From assembly GCA_000995065.1 (NCBI GenBank), contig LBWX01000003.1:153284-217283 (forward strand): 64,000 nt of DNA, read 5' to 3'. The notes under the pieces are model-generated. The model had not been told where the DNA came from. It saw nothing but the letters and a program-made list of their open reading frames with translations, and did no database searches. The stretch comes from a candidate division CPR2 bacterium GW2011_GWC2_39_35 (GTDB taxonomy: Bacteria; Patescibacteriota; CPR2). Position 1 is the first letter of the stretch; every line of letters starts with the position of its first letter. Position numbers and translations under genes: made by a program. This document shows positions 54,958 through 63,738 of the stretch, in pieces.

Positions 54958-57135
54958 CTACGGTGTCGTAACCAGCATTCTTTTCTTTGGATCTGCCTTT
55001 ATTATAGATTTTATCGGAATTCTAAAGCCAAAAACCGAACCCTTGGAACTAGACCTAAAGATTATCTCGCCGCCATGATCTTCCACTACCCTTTTAGCCA
55101 AATAAAGGCCAAGGCCATTACCATCCGGACGCAAGCGCCTGGCGTTATCCGCCCTGTAGAATTTAGAGAACAATTTATTTTGCACTTCTTTTGGAACACC
55201 AATGCCGGTATCAATTACCTCAAAGACAAATTCGTGTTTATTGGCCGCGGCTCTTACAGTCACTCCGCCCTTTTCTGTATAATAAATCGCATTATCAATA
55301 AAGTTCATTATGACCTGACGAATCTTATTCTCATCGGCCTGAACGGTTGACATCTTTTTAGGGCACTCAAACTTAAGCCACAAGTTTTTGGTTCTAGCCT
55401 GATGCGCTAATTGTTTAACTTCATCAGCAATCATAACTTTCATATCAAGATCCTTGGGATCGATAAAGAATTTGCCCGTACTCATTCTGGACACATTTAG
55501 AAGATCATTAATTAAAGTCACCATCTTATTAGCGCCCTGAAATGCCTCATTTATAAAGTCAAACTGGCCAACCTTGATTTCTCCCGCATCCCCTTCTAAA
55601 AGCATGGATAAATAACCCTTAATAGCTGTAAGCGGAGTGCGCAGCTGATGAGATGCCATGGAGATAAACTCATCTTTTGCCTTGTCAAGTTCTTGCAGAT
55701 GGTCGTTAGCTTCGCGAAGTTTTTTGGTCTGACGCAAAACCTCCGCCTTCAAGGTGATGTTAAACTTCTGGATTTCCTCATACTGCTTGGCCCGCTGCAT
55801 CGCCATGGTAATTTCCGGCTCCACAATCTCTAAAATCTGGATATCTTTTGCCGCATACATATCCCCCGACTTTTTTTCACCCAAGAACAAAATGCCGGCA
55901 AATTGGTGATCCTCCATAAGCCTAACGGCTACCGAAGTCTCATATCTTCTTAAAATAGATTTGAGCCTGCTTCCTTCTTCTAATTCGTCATATACTGCAA
56001 TTGGAAAGCGGCTTAGATATTTAATGTCGCCGTATTCAACTTCCGGCGCTTTTTTGTAACCGATAGACTGAACAGAATGAATATGCCCTTCCTCTACTAC
56101 TACAAACATGCCTTCTAATATTTTAAATTGCTGCAAAATATGATCTAAGCTTTTATAAAGAAGCTCGGTTAAGACGATATTGGTACTTAAGATATGGTTA
56201 GTTTCCCTAAGAAAAGCATCCGGATCATACTGCTCTTTAAAGAAAATTTTATCCGTAACTTTGGTAAGAAATCTCCGTAATGGCTGAAAGGTAAAGGCCA
56301 TTACCATGGCAAGAATGATTTGGATGATTGTATGCGTCATAGAATAACCCTGCTCCGGAAAAAACAATCTCTGAACTGCAAAAATCGTAGTAGCATAACC
56401 CCCGGCAAGAATGATGACAAGCAGCGTATATGCCAAAGATTTGGCAACCACCATCCGAATGTCCATAAGACGATGTTTAACAATGGCGTAGGCTATGCCA
56501 CCAATCATAAAAACAAAACCATAAATCCCTAAACGATTAACTGTTTCATTAACTATCAACAGCCTAGGTATGATTAGGTTAGTTGAAATTGCAATTGTCG
56601 CAGATAAAGATAACCCCATTGTTATATAAAGTAATTGCGACCTAGCCACTCCTCGAGAAGAAGACAATTTTTTAATAAGAATAGTGATTCCCACAAGAGA
56701 TAAGGCAATTAACATGACAGAATAAATAATAAATAAAGGACCCTCTTGAAAATCTATGCCCATATCTTTAGAAAAATGTACGCTCTCAATAATGTACGAT
56801 GAATAAGCTAATCCAGAAAAAACAATTGAAGCTATTAACGATACTATCCAAAGAGTATTCTTTATCTTACTCTCAGACTGAAAAACCAAGCAGAAAGAAA
56901 AAAAGGTAAACGATGTGATTAGACCAAATGCAAAATCTGTCCTTACAAGATAACTAACTAAAGCAACATTCAATGTCTCGCTTTCAAAAAAAATAACCAA
57001 TGACCAAATAGATAACGCTAGTGTAAGCAAGAAGAAGATAAGGTTGGAGGGTTTTTTTGAATTTCTAGAAAAAACCAGGAGACCAAGAAACAAATTTAGA
57101 GAGACCGCTATAATTAAAAGCGCATAACTAATCAT
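54958..57135 (-). CDS. sensor histidine kinase, paralogue of 49845-52052 (multi-TM sensor + GAF-like + HisKA + HATPase_c)
   Basis: H-box MASHQLRTPLTAI; same architecture; start set at MISYALL (ORF-track start 57171 overlaps upstream gene). Confidence 0.8.
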   Translation of the reverse strand: MISYALLIIAVSLNLFLGLLVFSRNSKKPSNLIFFLLTLALSIWSLVIFFESETLNVALVSYLVRTDFAFGLITSFTFFSFCLVFQSESKIKNTLWIVSLIASIVFSGLAYSSYIIESVHFSKDMGIDFQEGPLFIIYSVMLIALSLVGITILIKKLSSSRGVARSQLLYITMGLSLSATIAISTNLIIPRLLIVNETVNRLGIYGFVFMIGGIAYAIVKHRLMDIRMVVAKSLAYTLLVIILAGGYATTIFAVQRLFFPEQGYSMTHTIIQIILAMVMAFTFQPLRRFLTKVTDKIFFKEQYDPDAFLRETNHILSTNIVLTELLYKSLDHILQQFKILEGMFVVVEEGHIHSVQSIGYKKAPEVEYGDIKYLSRFPIAVYDELEEGSRLKSILRRYETSVAVRLMEDHQFAGILFLGEKKSGDMYAAKDIQILEIVEPEITMAMQRAKQYEEIQKFNITLKAEVLRQTKKLREANDHLQELDKAKDEFISMASHQLRTPLTAIKGYLSMLLEGDAGEIKVGQFDFINEAFQGANKMVTLINDLLNVSRMSTGKFFIDPKDLDMKVMIADEVKQLAHQARTKNLWLKFECPKKMSTVQADENKIRQVIMNFIDNAIYYTEKGGVTVRAAANKHEFVFEVIDTGIGVPKEVQNKLFSKFYRADNARRLRPDGNGLGLYLAKRVVEDHGGEIIFRSSSKGSVFGFRIPIKSIIKADPKKRMLVTTP

Positions 57136-57721
57136 AAACAATTCCTCGTCTCCAATTTTTAACATAAACATTCTGAATTTGGTTTTGCTTATCAGGAAAT
57201 TTTGAATTACTAATTATATCGATAGCCTTTTTTTCAACACCTTTATATTTTAACTGTAATACATTTATTAATTCATTGCCAACAAAACCTTTTCCTTTAC
57301 TCTGATGATAGAAATTTAAATAACTATAATCTAATAGCCCTAGCCTTAAAAAGTACCACACAGATATGAGCAAAGAACAAGGAATATGACCCTCTTTATT
57401 ACTAATATAACTTAAGTAACTTCTTTTTGCTTTACCTTCGTTTATTAATTCAAAAAAAGGCTCTTTAAGCTTAACTAGCTCGGACTCAAATAGTACAAAA
57501 TCTGGCATAACGTTTGAATGCTCGAGATTGGATAAGTACTTATCTATGTTTAATTTCTGCCTTGTCGGATTATAATCATCAATTAAAAGTGCTAGACTAT
57601 AAGACAAACCTTTTTCGCCAATACTTATGGTTATGTCCTTAACTGCCGGGATCATACCATGAGAACGAATATTTTTTTCATCAATATAAATATGAGCAAA
57701 CTCAATGCTAAAACTTTCCAA
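57128..57721 (-). CDS. hypothetical protein
   Basis: 197 aa ORF, no recognisable motif. Confidence 0.4.
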   Translation of the reverse strand: MESFSIEFAHIYIDEKNIRSHGMIPAVKDITISIGEKGLSYSLALLIDDYNPTRQKLNIDKYLSNLEHSNVMPDFVLFESELVKLKEPFFELINEGKAKRSYLSYISNKEGHIPCSLLISVWYFLRLGLLDYSYLNFYHQSKGKGFVGNELINVLQLKYKGVEKKAIDIISNSKFPDKQNQIQNVYVKNWRRGIVYD

Positions 57722-58894
57722 TTATTTGCCTCCCAAAATTAGCTTAAGCAAAAATTGGTTAGTTGCTGCTTTTTCAAATAACCAACCCCAAAATTTAGGA
57801 AAAGGAAATGAATAAAAGGGATTTGTTGCCTTAAATAAAACACCATAATTACCACTTTCTTTGTCTCCAACAAAACCATTTTCAACTAGCCTAACTTTCT
57901 CTAATCCGAAAGATTCATACATCCGAATTTGCGGGTCAAGCGCAACCTCTTTACCATCCTTTATAATTCTCTTGCTATAATATTCCTCTGGAGTCATTTC
58001 CTGTCTAAACTTATGAAAGTCTGGCATTCTACCACTAAAATATGCCATTTTTTTGCGTTCTGCTATTAATTTCCTCCCCGCCGCCGCAAAAAGCCTATCT
58101 ACCAATTCCAAACCTCTAACGTCAGGGCTTGTTGTTAATGCAACACCATAAACATACCTACCGTTAGAATCAAATGTAGTATCAAGTGTCCCATTATCAG
58201 TTGAGTCCTCCCAAGATGTAAAATCCTTAATTCCTTTATTGGTAGGCATTAGGCTTAAAATTCCTTTAACTTTTCCATCCATATCAGCAACAAAAAACCA
58301 TTCTTTACTATTTTCTATCCTTTTTCCCATCATCTCCCCAGTAGCCGTAACTTCTTTAGAAATGTCACCATACCTATCATTATCAACCTCTAGTATGTCC
58401 TCCAGATCTGATATTTTAACATTTCTTATAATAACTTTTTTTCTATTGAAAATCCTATTGAATTCTAGCGGAATGCTTGCTATTAACAAAACAATAGATA
58501 GTTCAACAAATAGTAATGAAGAGATTAAAGGAGGCAACTTATCCCATCCACTAACCAATAGATAGGCTGGAGGAACAAAAGCAGCTATCCTGTTCAACGT
58601 AAATCCCGTATACACTAACTCATTTTCGAATGTTACGTTCTGAAAATCTAAATTAAAAATATGATTAAGGCGCAATTTTATAATACCACTACCAAGAATC
58701 ATTAAAATAATGCCGATATTAAAAAAAATCTCACTAATAATTAATATGGTTAAAAAAAACATTGGATCAATACCGTATTGCTCATTAACAACGTTAAAAC
58801 CTTTTACAATAATTTCAAAAACTAGCCAACCAATGATAACAAGGGTTGTTAACAATACTATCTTTGAAAGTCTTTTATTTTTCCCTAGTTTCAT
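57722..58894 (-). CDS. membrane protein (4 N-terminal TM) with C-terminal GNAT-like acyltransferase-type domain (tentative)
   Basis: 390 aa; hydrophobic N-terminal third; C-terminal YVYGVALTTSPDVRGLELVDRLFAAAGRK block reminiscent of GNAT motif A. Confidence 0.4.
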   Translation of the reverse strand: MKLGKNKRLSKIVLLTTLVIIGWLVFEIIVKGFNVVNEQYGIDPMFFLTILIISEIFFNIGIILMILGSGIIKLRLNHIFNLDFQNVTFENELVYTGFTLNRIAAFVPPAYLLVSGWDKLPPLISSLLFVELSIVLLIASIPLEFNRIFNRKKVIIRNVKISDLEDILEVDNDRYGDISKEVTATGEMMGKRIENSKEWFFVADMDGKVKGILSLMPTNKGIKDFTSWEDSTDNGTLDTTFDSNGRYVYGVALTTSPDVRGLELVDRLFAAAGRKLIAERKKMAYFSGRMPDFHKFRQEMTPEEYYSKRIIKDGKEVALDPQIRMYESFGLEKVRLVENGFVGDKESGNYGVLFKATNPFYSFPFPKFWGWLFEKAATNQFLLKLILGGK

Positions 58895-58930
58895 AAATAA
58901 ATCTGGTTACTTTCATTATTTTTTTATTTA

Positions 58931-58995
58931 TACTCATGCCCAATCTCCCTCGCTATCTCTGACCACTAGCAAATCACGCACTATTTCTTCCATCA
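58931..58995. repeat. ~65-bp direct repeat copy A (degenerate duplicate of the 3' end of plsC); partner at 60280-60345
   Basis: tactcatgcccaatctc + cgctatctc + gcactatttcttc blocks shared with 60280-60345. Confidence 0.6.
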
Positions 58996-59209
58996 TTTAC
59001 TATTTATCCCATTATACCCTACTTACTCTAAATAATTAAATACAAATCCTTTTGCTAAATATTCTTAAAAAAAGGGGCAGTTCTCTCTTTAAATATTAAT
59101 CTCCTATTTTATTAATAACCAATCGCCTACCCACACAAATAACAAAAATAGCCTCCAAAATCCTGCAACATTTGACACCTCCCGAATCTCGCCAATCAAT
59201 TATTTTAGG

Positions 59210-59249
59210 ATGACGGATTTTCTACGATCGTGGTAATTACGTCATTTAA
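59210..59249. promoter_or_regulatory. conserved 40-bp palindromic motif TGACGG-N-TACGATCGT-N-CGTCATTTAA (second copy at 21212-21251)
   Basis: two near-identical occurrences in intergenic DNA, internal ACGATCGT palindrome flanked by TGACG/CGTCA inverted arms. Confidence 0.5.
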
Positions 59250-59424
59250 CAAGGCGCTCGCTTTATGAATTTTATCCTAATAACCGCTAAACTTTTTCTT
59301 GACGTTCCAATAGTTTAGGATTACAAGTTTAAAAACATATGTAATTATCGTAATATAATGACACGCCCATCTTTAAGAAGAGAAAAGCTATTTTGATAAG
59401 CAATGACTAACTAAAGGAGCTAAT

Positions 59425-59835
59425 ATGAAATTTGCGGTTGCTACAAAAGCTGTTATCTTAAATCCAAAAGGAGAAGTTTTAATACTAGTAAAGAGCAATA
59501 AAGATGAAATTAACCCGAAAACTGCCGATATCCCTGGAGGACGTCTAAAATTCAGCGAAAAAATTGAAGATTGCTTAAAAAGGGAAATTGAGGAAGAAAC
59601 TAGTATAAAAGAGATCAATATCATAGCACCTTCCAAAACATGGAGCCTAATAAAAGATGATATGCATCTTGTAGGAATCACGTTTGCTGTAACTACTAAT
59701 ACCTATGAAGTTAAGACAAGCTTTGAACATGAAAGCTTTTCTTGGCTATCGCCAGAAGAAATTTTAGAAAGCAATCTTTCGGATTGGATAAAAGAAGAAG
59801 TGAGGGCAGCATTAAAAATAGCCAGCCAAAACTAA
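59425..59835 (+). CDS. Nudix hydrolase
   Basis: 136 aa; Nudix box GGRLKFSEKIEDCLKREIEEETS. Confidence 0.75.
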   Translation: MKFAVATKAVILNPKGEVLILVKSNKDEINPKTADIPGGRLKFSEKIEDCLKREIEEETSIKEINIIAPSKTWSLIKDDMHLVGITFAVTTNTYEVKTSFEHESFSWLSPEEILESNLSDWIKEEVRAALKIASQN

Positions 59836-59879
59836 AAAACGGCCCCAAAGCCGCTTTACTACCTTAATCTTTCTTAAGC

Positions 59880-60155
59880 TTATGCCATCTCCGGCATTTG
59901 AATGAATTTCCTAATTTTTTTTATCTCTAGACCTTGTTCATCTTGCCGTTCAATAACAGCATTTAGTTTTCTTTCTATTCTATCATTGCTCATTTCTAAA
60001 TTCTCAACCCTTTTTTCTAACCCACCCATACTATGCTCTAATTTATCCATTCTGTTCTCTAACCCGTCCATCTTATCTTCCAAACGAACAATATGCGGCA
60101 AGACAACTTGCTCGAAACCTTCGTTAAATAAATTAATCATCTCTTTCTTATCCAT
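59880..60155 (-). CDS. small coiled-coil protein with repeated LE..M(D/E)KLE heptads
   Basis: 91 aa; LEDKMDGLENRMDKLEHSMGGLEKRVENLEMSNDRIERKL. Confidence 0.45.
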   Translation of the reverse strand: MDKKEMINLFNEGFEQVVLPHIVRLEDKMDGLENRMDKLEHSMGGLEKRVENLEMSNDRIERKLNAVIERQDEQGLEIKKIRKFIQMPEMA

Positions 60156-60263
60156 AAAAATAATATACCTTCTGTTAGGACCTAAGTCAACAAAAAATTA
60201 GCCGATCTAAAGAAATGTACACACCCGGTGTGTACAGCCTAGACACAAAAGCAATTACTAAGG

Positions 60264-60884
60264 CTAAGTTTTGTGCTCGTACTCATGCCCAATCTCACGC
60301 GCTATCTCAGGCATTAAGATGTCGTGCACTATTTCTTCGGGTGTTTTGTCAGCAATTTCTTTATAGGAAATCGGTTCCAAGAATTTAACCCTACAAATCC
60401 GCTTTATTCTGGGAAACTTATGATGCCTTCCAAAAACGTGATGCGAATTTTCTATAGCTACAGGCAAAATATCTACCTGATTTTGCAGAGCCATTCTAGC
60501 CACGCCCCTATATGCCTTAAGCGGTTTTCCATCGTAGCTCCTGGTTCCTTCCGGGAAAAGAACTAAGATATGGCCTCTTCCTAAAACATCAGCCGCTGCC
60601 TGATAAACCATCTTCTTATCTTTACTAAAACGATCCACCTTTATTTGTCCGGTTATACGCATAATAAACCTAAAGAAAGGGTTTCTATAGATCCAGTCTG
60701 CCGCCAAAAAGAAAAGTCTTCTTCTAACCGCCGCACCAAGAAATGCAAAATCCAAATAACTCGCGTGATTAGCTGCAATTATAATCGGCCCCTTTCTGGG
60801 AATATTATGCTTTCCCTCAACCCTTTCTATCCAAAAAAGTTTAATCAGGGGGCTTAAAAGAATTTTTAGAACTCGATACAGCAT
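60264..60884 (-). CDS. plsC: 1-acyl-sn-glycerol-3-phosphate acyltransferase
   Basis: 206 aa; NHASYLD (HX4D) and FPEGTRS motifs. Confidence 0.8.
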   Translation of the reverse strand: MLYRVLKILLSPLIKLFWIERVEGKHNIPRKGPIIIAANHASYLDFAFLGAAVRRRLFFLAADWIYRNPFFRFIMRITGQIKVDRFSKDKKMVYQAAADVLGRGHILVLFPEGTRSYDGKPLKAYRGVARMALQNQVDILPVAIENSHHVFGRHHKFPRIKRICRVKFLEPISYKEIADKTPEEIVHDILMPEIAREIGHEYEHKT

Positions 60885-60922
60885 ACGCTTATAATACCAT
60901 TATATGTCTTTTTAAGAAGTTA

Positions 60923-60983
60923 CTGGATTCCCGCCCCTTCCATCTTCGCTAAAGCTACGCTGGACAGGTCGCGGGAATGACAC
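60923..60983. repeat. second copy of REP/MITE-like palindromic element (ctggattcccgcc ... gcgggaatgacacg)
   Basis: shares ctggattccc and gcgggaatgac arms with 45150-45185. Confidence 0.6.
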
Positions 60984-60995
60984 GAGAGAGACTAT

Positions 60996-62456
60996 CTAGT
61001 AAGCCTTGGCAAAGATTACTCGCTTGTCAGATTTTTGGCTGCAGAGAATGCATTTACCTTCTTCTTCTTTCTCGTCAAAAGGAATGCAGCGGATAGTGGC
61101 TTTGGTTTGCCGCTGAACTTCGGCTTCACATTCCTCGCTACCGCACCAATGAGCCCTTATAAATCCGGGGTTCTCCTCCAAAATATTCTTAAACTCATCC
61201 CAATCGTCAGTAATATGAGTGTTGTTACTTCTAAAATCCAAAGCCTTTTTATAGAGATCATTTTGGATAGTTTCCAAAAGATCATTTGCATAGATGCCTA
61301 TCCTCTCGTCGCTTACAAATTCCTTTTCTCCAGTATCCCTTCTTACTACAACCACCGTATTTTTAGCGACGTCTTTCGGTCCGATTTCTATTCTTACCGG
61401 CACTCCTTTTTTCTCCCACTCGTAGAATTTAGGACCCGGGCGACCTTCTCTGTCATCAATATGAATGGTGATGCTTTGATCCCTTAAAGAATCAGCCATT
61501 TCTTTAGTTTTCGACATCACCGCTTTTTTATCTTCTTCGTTATCCCAAATCGGCACAATTACCGCCTGGACGGGCGCAATTTTTGGCGGCAACACCAAAC
61601 CCTTATCATCACTATGAGTCATAATGAGACCGCCAATTATTCGGGTACTCAAACCCCAACTTGTTTGCCACGCATACTGTTCTTTTCCATCCGAGTCCGA
61701 AAATTTGACATCAAAGGCCTTAGCAAAGTTTTGGCCCAACATATGAGACGTGCCGGACTGAAGAGCCTTACCGTCTTGCATCATGGCTTCGACAGTCGTT
61801 GTGTAAACCGCTCCGGCAAACTTTTCGGATTCCGACTTAAAGCCGCTAATTACCGGCATAGCCAAGTAGTCCTCTGCAAATTTCTTGTAAACGCCTATCA
61901 TTTCTAGTGTCATTTCAGACGCCTCTTTTTCTGACGCGTGAGCCGTATGCCCTTCCTGCCACAAAAATTCGGTGGTCCTTAAAAATGGCCTAGTCCGCAT
62001 CTCCCACCTAACCACATTTGCCCATTGATTAATAAGAAGTGGCAAGTCCTTGTAAGACTCGATCCATCTGGAATAAGTGTCATATATTATAGTCTCCGAC
62101 GTCGGACGAACAATTAGCGGCTCATCCAGCTCCCCGTCCGGAATTAACTTGCCGTTTTCTTCTTTTAGTCGATGATGGGTAACAATAGCGCATTCTTTGG
62201 CAAAACCTTCTACGTGCTTAGCCTCTTTTTCGAAAAAACTTTTAGGAATAAATAAAGGGAAATAAGCGTTTTTGACCCCCTTTTCTTTAAACATCCCGTC
62301 TAACGTTTTTTGTATATTTTCCCAGATGGCGTAACCCTCCGGCTTTATAACCATGCAGCCTCTAACAGGCGAGTTATCAACTAAATCAGCCGCTTGAATG
62401 ACGTCTAAGTACCATTTTGAATAATCTTTTTCTCTGGAAGTTATCTTTTTATCCAT
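60996..62456 (-). CDS. proS: prolyl-tRNA synthetase, archaeal/eukaryotic type
   Basis: 486 aa; class II motifs, C-terminal Zn-binding domain with Cys cluster (HWCGSEECE ... CILC). Confidence 0.9.
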   Translation of the reverse strand: MDKKITSREKDYSKWYLDVIQAADLVDNSPVRGCMVIKPEGYAIWENIQKTLDGMFKEKGVKNAYFPLFIPKSFFEKEAKHVEGFAKECAIVTHHRLKEENGKLIPDGELDEPLIVRPTSETIIYDTYSRWIESYKDLPLLINQWANVVRWEMRTRPFLRTTEFLWQEGHTAHASEKEASEMTLEMIGVYKKFAEDYLAMPVISGFKSESEKFAGAVYTTTVEAMMQDGKALQSGTSHMLGQNFAKAFDVKFSDSDGKEQYAWQTSWGLSTRIIGGLIMTHSDDKGLVLPPKIAPVQAVIVPIWDNEEDKKAVMSKTKEMADSLRDQSITIHIDDREGRPGPKFYEWEKKGVPVRIEIGPKDVAKNTVVVVRRDTGEKEFVSDERIGIYANDLLETIQNDLYKKALDFRSNNTHITDDWDEFKNILEENPGFIRAHWCGSEECEAEVQRQTKATIRCIPFDEKEEEGKCILCSQKSDKRVIFAKAY

Positions 62457-62578
62457 TTTTTCCTTTGGTTTACTTAAGCATTTTACTAAATAATTACCCA
62501 GATTCCAAATCGAAAAGTAAATATACTTTTCTTAAATCCCAAACTCGCCTTGACGTATACTCGTCAAAGTAAGATAAT

Positions 62579-62980
62579 TTGGTCATGAAATCAACCGGAC
62601 TATCAACCAAAATAAACGAAAAAAGAAAGAAGCAACCCCTGCACCGAAGCTTTCAAAGTGCTTTTAGAGGCATAAAACACGGCACGGAAGAGCGTAATTT
62701 CTTGATCCATTTATTTTTTGGTTTTTTAGCCATCAGCCTTTCTTTTGTCTTTAACTTAGATTTAATCGAAAAAACTATCATTGTGGTTCTAACCGCTCTT
62801 GTCTTGGGGGTAGAGCTCATCAATTCCGCCATCGAAAGATCTTTAGATTTTATAACTACCGAGCATCACCCCGAAATTGCTAAAATTAAGGAGCTGATGG
62901 CCGCTGTAGTTTTAGTGTTTGTTGTAGCTGCCTTTGTTGTAGGTGTCCTCATCTTCTCAAAAGCAATATTTCTTAAATAA
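62579..62980 (+). CDS. dgkA: diacylglycerol kinase family (DgkA-type; could be undecaprenol kinase)
   Basis: 133 aa; EERNFLIHL catalytic-region motif, three TM. Confidence 0.7.
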   Translation: MVMKSTGLSTKINEKRKKQPLHRSFQSAFRGIKHGTEERNFLIHLFFGFLAISLSFVFNLDLIEKTIIVVLTALVLGVELINSAIERSLDFITTEHHPEIAKIKELMAAVVLVFVVAAFVVGVLIFSKAIFLK

Positions 62981-62982
62981 TT

Positions 62983-63651
62983 ATGAGAAAAAAATATTTA
63001 AAAAAGTTTCTTGTAGATTCGTTAATTATTATCACGGCAATTATCGTAACGCTTGCCGTAATCGTTCATGTTTTCCCGGTTTTATCTATTGATGTCGAGA
63101 TTTCTAGAAAAATTCAGGAGAACGGTGGTTCAATCCTTCTTGAGGCCATGAAGCTTATTAGTATGTTTGGAAATGCCGCCGGATTGCTTACGACGGTAGC
63201 TTCAGCTTCCGCCATTTTTTATTTTTTTTCTTATCGCCGAGAGGCATTATTTCTCATTTCAACCATAGCCGTAGATGCTGCAACGCTGGCTATAAAATAT
63301 ATTGTCAACCGTCCCCGGCCCGATTCCAGTCTGGTTAGCATCTATGCCAAGGTTACGGACCCTGGCTTTCCAAGCGGACATGTTGTACATTACACCGTTT
63401 TTTTCGGCCTGATTTTTGTTTTCATGCTGCGCCTTAAGAAAATTCCTATACTCACCCGAATTCTTATAAGCTATATTTGCCTTAATCTGATTTTTTTAGT
63501 ACCGATTTCCAGAATTTATCTGGGCGTACACTGGCTTACCGACGTTATCGGCGGATATTTAGTAGGACTGTCTTTTCTTATTGTGCTGCTATACTTATAT
63601 TTTTATCCTAAGACTTTAAAAAAGCTATCCAAGAGATTTGACATTAAATAA
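62983..63651 (+). CDS. PAP2-family membrane phosphatase (phosphatidate / undecaprenyl-diphosphate phosphatase-like)
   Basis: 222 aa; KYIVNRPRP, PSGH and later H/D-containing C3 region (YLGVHWLTD) = PAP2 motifs. Confidence 0.75.
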   Translation: MRKKYLKKFLVDSLIIITAIIVTLAVIVHVFPVLSIDVEISRKIQENGGSILLEAMKLISMFGNAAGLLTTVASASAIFYFFSYRREALFLISTIAVDAATLAIKYIVNRPRPDSSLVSIYAKVTDPGFPSGHVVHYTVFFGLIFVFMLRLKKIPILTRILISYICLNLIFLVPISRIYLGVHWLTDVIGGYLVGLSFLIVLLYLYFYPKTLKKLSKRFDIK

Positions 63652-63690
63652 TATTCATAACATACAATCTCTAGTTTAATAAGATGTAAA

Positions 63691-63719
63691 AAGCCAGGTG
63701 CAAATAATTCACCTGGCTT
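63691..63719. terminator. bidirectional terminator hairpin aagccaggtg-caaataatt-cacctggctt between convergent genes
   Basis: 10-bp stem with flanking A/T. Confidence 0.6.
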
Positions 63720-63738
63720 CTTGCCAAAACTCTAGCCT

